From: Takakia lepidozioides
Taxonomy: Eukaryota > Plantae > Bryophyta
Length of the DNA: 64,000 nt
NCBI GenBank assembly: GCA_030704615.1
Contig: CM060731.1
Span: 79,484,001 to 79,548,000, forward strand
Reading direction: 5' to 3'
Shown here piece after piece: positions 61,260-64,000 of the stretch. The position numbers were made by a program, and so were the translations under genes. Below the pieces are notes generated by a model. It did not search any database, was not told where the DNA came from, and saw nothing but the letters and a program-made list of their open reading frames with translations. Positions within the stretch are counted from its first letter, which is position 1, and each line of letters begins with the position of its first letter.

Positions 61260-61600
61260 CTAGGGCTTCGCGTTGCTCCGCACTACTAGCGACGAATTCT
61301 GAGAACTCAGTTCAATTTTTCACAGAAAGGGGTGGGTCATCCCCATGATGTTACATACATACATCCCATATTTCATTGTTTTCCGGAAGAAGAACGGCGG
61401 AGTGTTGCCAAAGCTACCATATTATTTTTATTTTTCAAAGGAAACACGGCCGAAATCCTGCTGGTCCCTCCTCTTCGGCATCCCCAGAGTTTGGAAGCAT
61501 AAAAAGGGGTGGGTCATCCCCAGAGTATTACATACATACATCATGTGTTTCTTTGTTTTTCAAAAAAATGGTGGATTGTTGCTGAGGCTACCACATCTTA
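61260..61600 (-). mobile_element. Helitron-like 3' end (second copy)
   Basis: Same terminus as 45384; lies tail-to-tail with the plus-strand end at 61257. Confidence 0.6.
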
Positions 61601-63090
61601 TTTAGCCATTCTGTCAAATGCTGAGAATGCATCCTTCATACTCCCACATTTGGCATACATGTCAACTAGAGTAGTCTCCGGAATGATATCTGGGGCAATC
61701 CCAGCTTGGGTGATGTCAGCATCGACCTCTTTGCCCTTTTCTAGGGCTACTTGGCTGGCACATGCATGAGAGTACAAATGATCGGGAGGTTTTGATACAA
61801 CTGACAGCTTTGTATTATGAATGTTCTTTATATGATATTTTTAAATTTTAAATTGGTTTCGATCTACACAAGGAAGGGAAATGCTGGTGGAAGGCATCGT
61901 TGCAAGGCAGAACTGCCTGGAGACTAAATGCTAATCTTGAACCACATGTGACTGCATAATGACTCTGTCTACAACAAATTAGCATTGGAAACCAATTAGA
62001 CTCAAGTCTGGACACCTTGCATACACTTGGGAGGCACTAACATTTCTCACATACTGCAGGAGAGAAAAAAATAGATTGAACAACTCCAAAACCCTAAAGT
62101 AGGTCAACTACGTCAATCCCTCACTGACAAAAGGCTGAAAAGCCAGTTGACAGGCGATTCTCCAAGGCATTGTTCAATTCAGGGGCCCACATCTGCCCTC
62201 AACAGTTAGTGCGAGTTGTGGGCAAACCCATGGACCACCGTCACTTACCCTAATTCTGTCTGCAAGATTCTATGTGGCTAGCACCATTGTGGAATCATGC
62301 AGGTGACTTAGGCATAAGCTCAGTCGACAATGCTACTAGAGAGAGCCCCGACATGATCATATGACAAGAATCAACTTGCTTATCCTACAAGCAGTTGACT
62401 GCTTGACACTGCAGCCTCAAACCCCCCAGCATTGTCATGGAGCAGCGTCTAATTGGCATCTACTGGTTGAAGAGAATGACACAGGCCTTGAGAACACAAA
62501 TGAACGTAACCTTGTTGGGTGTCACCCCTTCCTGTATCATTTGCTCATAGATATCTAAAGCCTCCACACCAAACCCATGCTGAGTATATCATGCGATCGA
62601 CATTGCGTTGGGATTGCGCTCCATGATACCACATCTTGCTCAGCCATGTTGTCAAACACATCCCGTGCATCCTTTCAGCTGTCGCATTTGGCATACCTGT
62701 TAAAAAGTGCAATTTCTAAAGAGATATATGAGGCAACTCCATTTTTGATGATGTCAGCACGGACCTTTTCCAGGGCTATTATGCTGGCACATGCATTGAG
62801 AATGGAAATGAGCGTGACCTTGCTGGGCGTTATGCCGTCCTGTATCATTTGCTCATACATCTCAAAAGCCTCCATCATTGCACTCCATGAGACCACATTT
62901 CGTTGAGACGTTTTATCAAAAACTTGTCTGGCATCGTTCAAGCTCCCATACTTGGCATACATATCGACAAAGGCAGTGTCCAGAATGATGTCAGCTCATG
63001 GACCTTTGTACTTTTTTCCAGGGCTCCTAGGCTGGCACAAGCATTGAGAACAGAAATGAATGTAATAATGTTGGGTGTCACACCTCATTA
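61600..63090 (-). pseudogene. Degenerate PLS-PPR fragments
   Basis: MYAKYGSLNDARQVFDK..VVSWSAM; ETTLVDMYAKCGSMKDA; non-PPR insert at ~61775-62480. Confidence 0.82.
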
Positions 63091-63569
63091 GAAGCACATT
63101 GCTCAGCTTTGCAAGCCAAACAAGTACTTCCCGCAAAATGTCAGTATTCACTGCCCCTGGATCTGCAACACCGTTGACAAAAATGCAACATTAAGCACTC
63201 AATCTGTAGGGAAGCAGATAAAGTTGAGGAGTGGGTCTGAGGAGAAGACCGTGCACGACGGAGATGTGAGAAGAGTCGTCACTTGAGTGCAGCCGACGGT
63301 GAAGCTCATATGAGAAGAGGAGTAAACACATTCCACAACACCCCACCATTACTCATTTGAAAAATAATACAAAGACAAACACCTGCAGTCCTATTGGTCA
63401 TGTACACCTTCATCCCGCACCCACGGAAGTAGCAACAGAGTTTTGGCAGCCTTAGTATGGTGCAGCCTTGCAGCCTCAACCTAAAACACGAGTGACAGTA
63501 CTTCAGGAACAATAGCCAGAAAGAAGGCAACCTACTTTTGGAGCTCTCACAGATTTGCGCAAAAATTTC

Positions 63570-63960
63570 AGAGCCTCTTTCAGTGTGCCTCATATAGTGT
63601 CCTCACAAGTTCAGAAGCGCCAGAAGAAATCTTGAGAACTTCCTCCCAGGGTCCTCTTTTGGAAGTGGAGATCATTGTGGAGGTGCTTGATTTTATCAAT
63701 TGTGCTGCCACTGCCCCTTCAAGATGACCATCTACCCTTGCAGATTTTTTGTAGCTGTCAATCCTCAGTGGCTCATATGCACTCTGGTGCTTGAAATCAG
63801 GACCTCTCGGATGGATCTGCACCCACGCTTCATCCCTGCTTCTTTCAGCTAACCCTGCCTAGGCAACAGTATGGCCCTGCTGCTAAGAGCTGACAATGAT
63901 AACCATAAAATTTATCTAGCAAACACCCCGACCATACTTACCACACACTAGTTCTGGTGC
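63570..63960 (-). pseudogene. PDF(type B) second-half exon running in frame into the linker and first PPR helix
   Basis: Conserved intron, then AG|IHPRGPDFKHQSAYEPLRIDSYKKSARVDGHLEGAVAAQLIKSSTSTMISTSKRGPWEEVLKISSGASELVRTLYEA..(fs)LKEAL. Confidence 0.85.
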
Positions 63961-64000
63961 TGCATTGCTGACAATTTGTGAGAAAGTTTTTTCAATGCGC

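Overview
Land-plant nuclear DNA; the PLS-PPR style and EMS1/Replitron/chromovirus remnants suggest a non-seed plant such as a bryophyte, lycophyte or fern (inference). The first ~9 kb is ordinary: an intact Dof transcription factor and a spliced 104-aa coiled-coil gene missed by the ORF track. The remaining ~53 kb is a degenerate cluster of PLS-class PPR (RNA-editing factor) fragments on both strands, mixed with transposons: Pack-CACTA, nested Ty3/Gypsy elements, LINEs, SINEs, Helitron-like ends and a Replitron HUH fragment. It also holds a tandemly duplicated kiwellin pseudogene pair and orphan kinase exons. Main signal: PPR copies are repeatedly preceded by intron-split 'PDF' motifs (W..F..P..WWDNR..K | .P..PDFKH...LW.....P.WV) typical of organellar ssDNA-binding OSB proteins. 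Once they are preceded by an OSB-type OB/SSB exon. Diverged copies share the same PDF-linker-PPR junction, and one array ends in E/E+/DYW. This points to an ancestral OSB(PDF)-PPR-DYW fusion family, amplified and shuffled here partly by a 4.9-kb Pack-CACTA with perfect 32-bp TIRs and a 3-bp TSD. Every fusion copy in the window is broken, so any functional member would lie elsewhere. Family assignments rest on recalled motifs read by eye; no searches were run.
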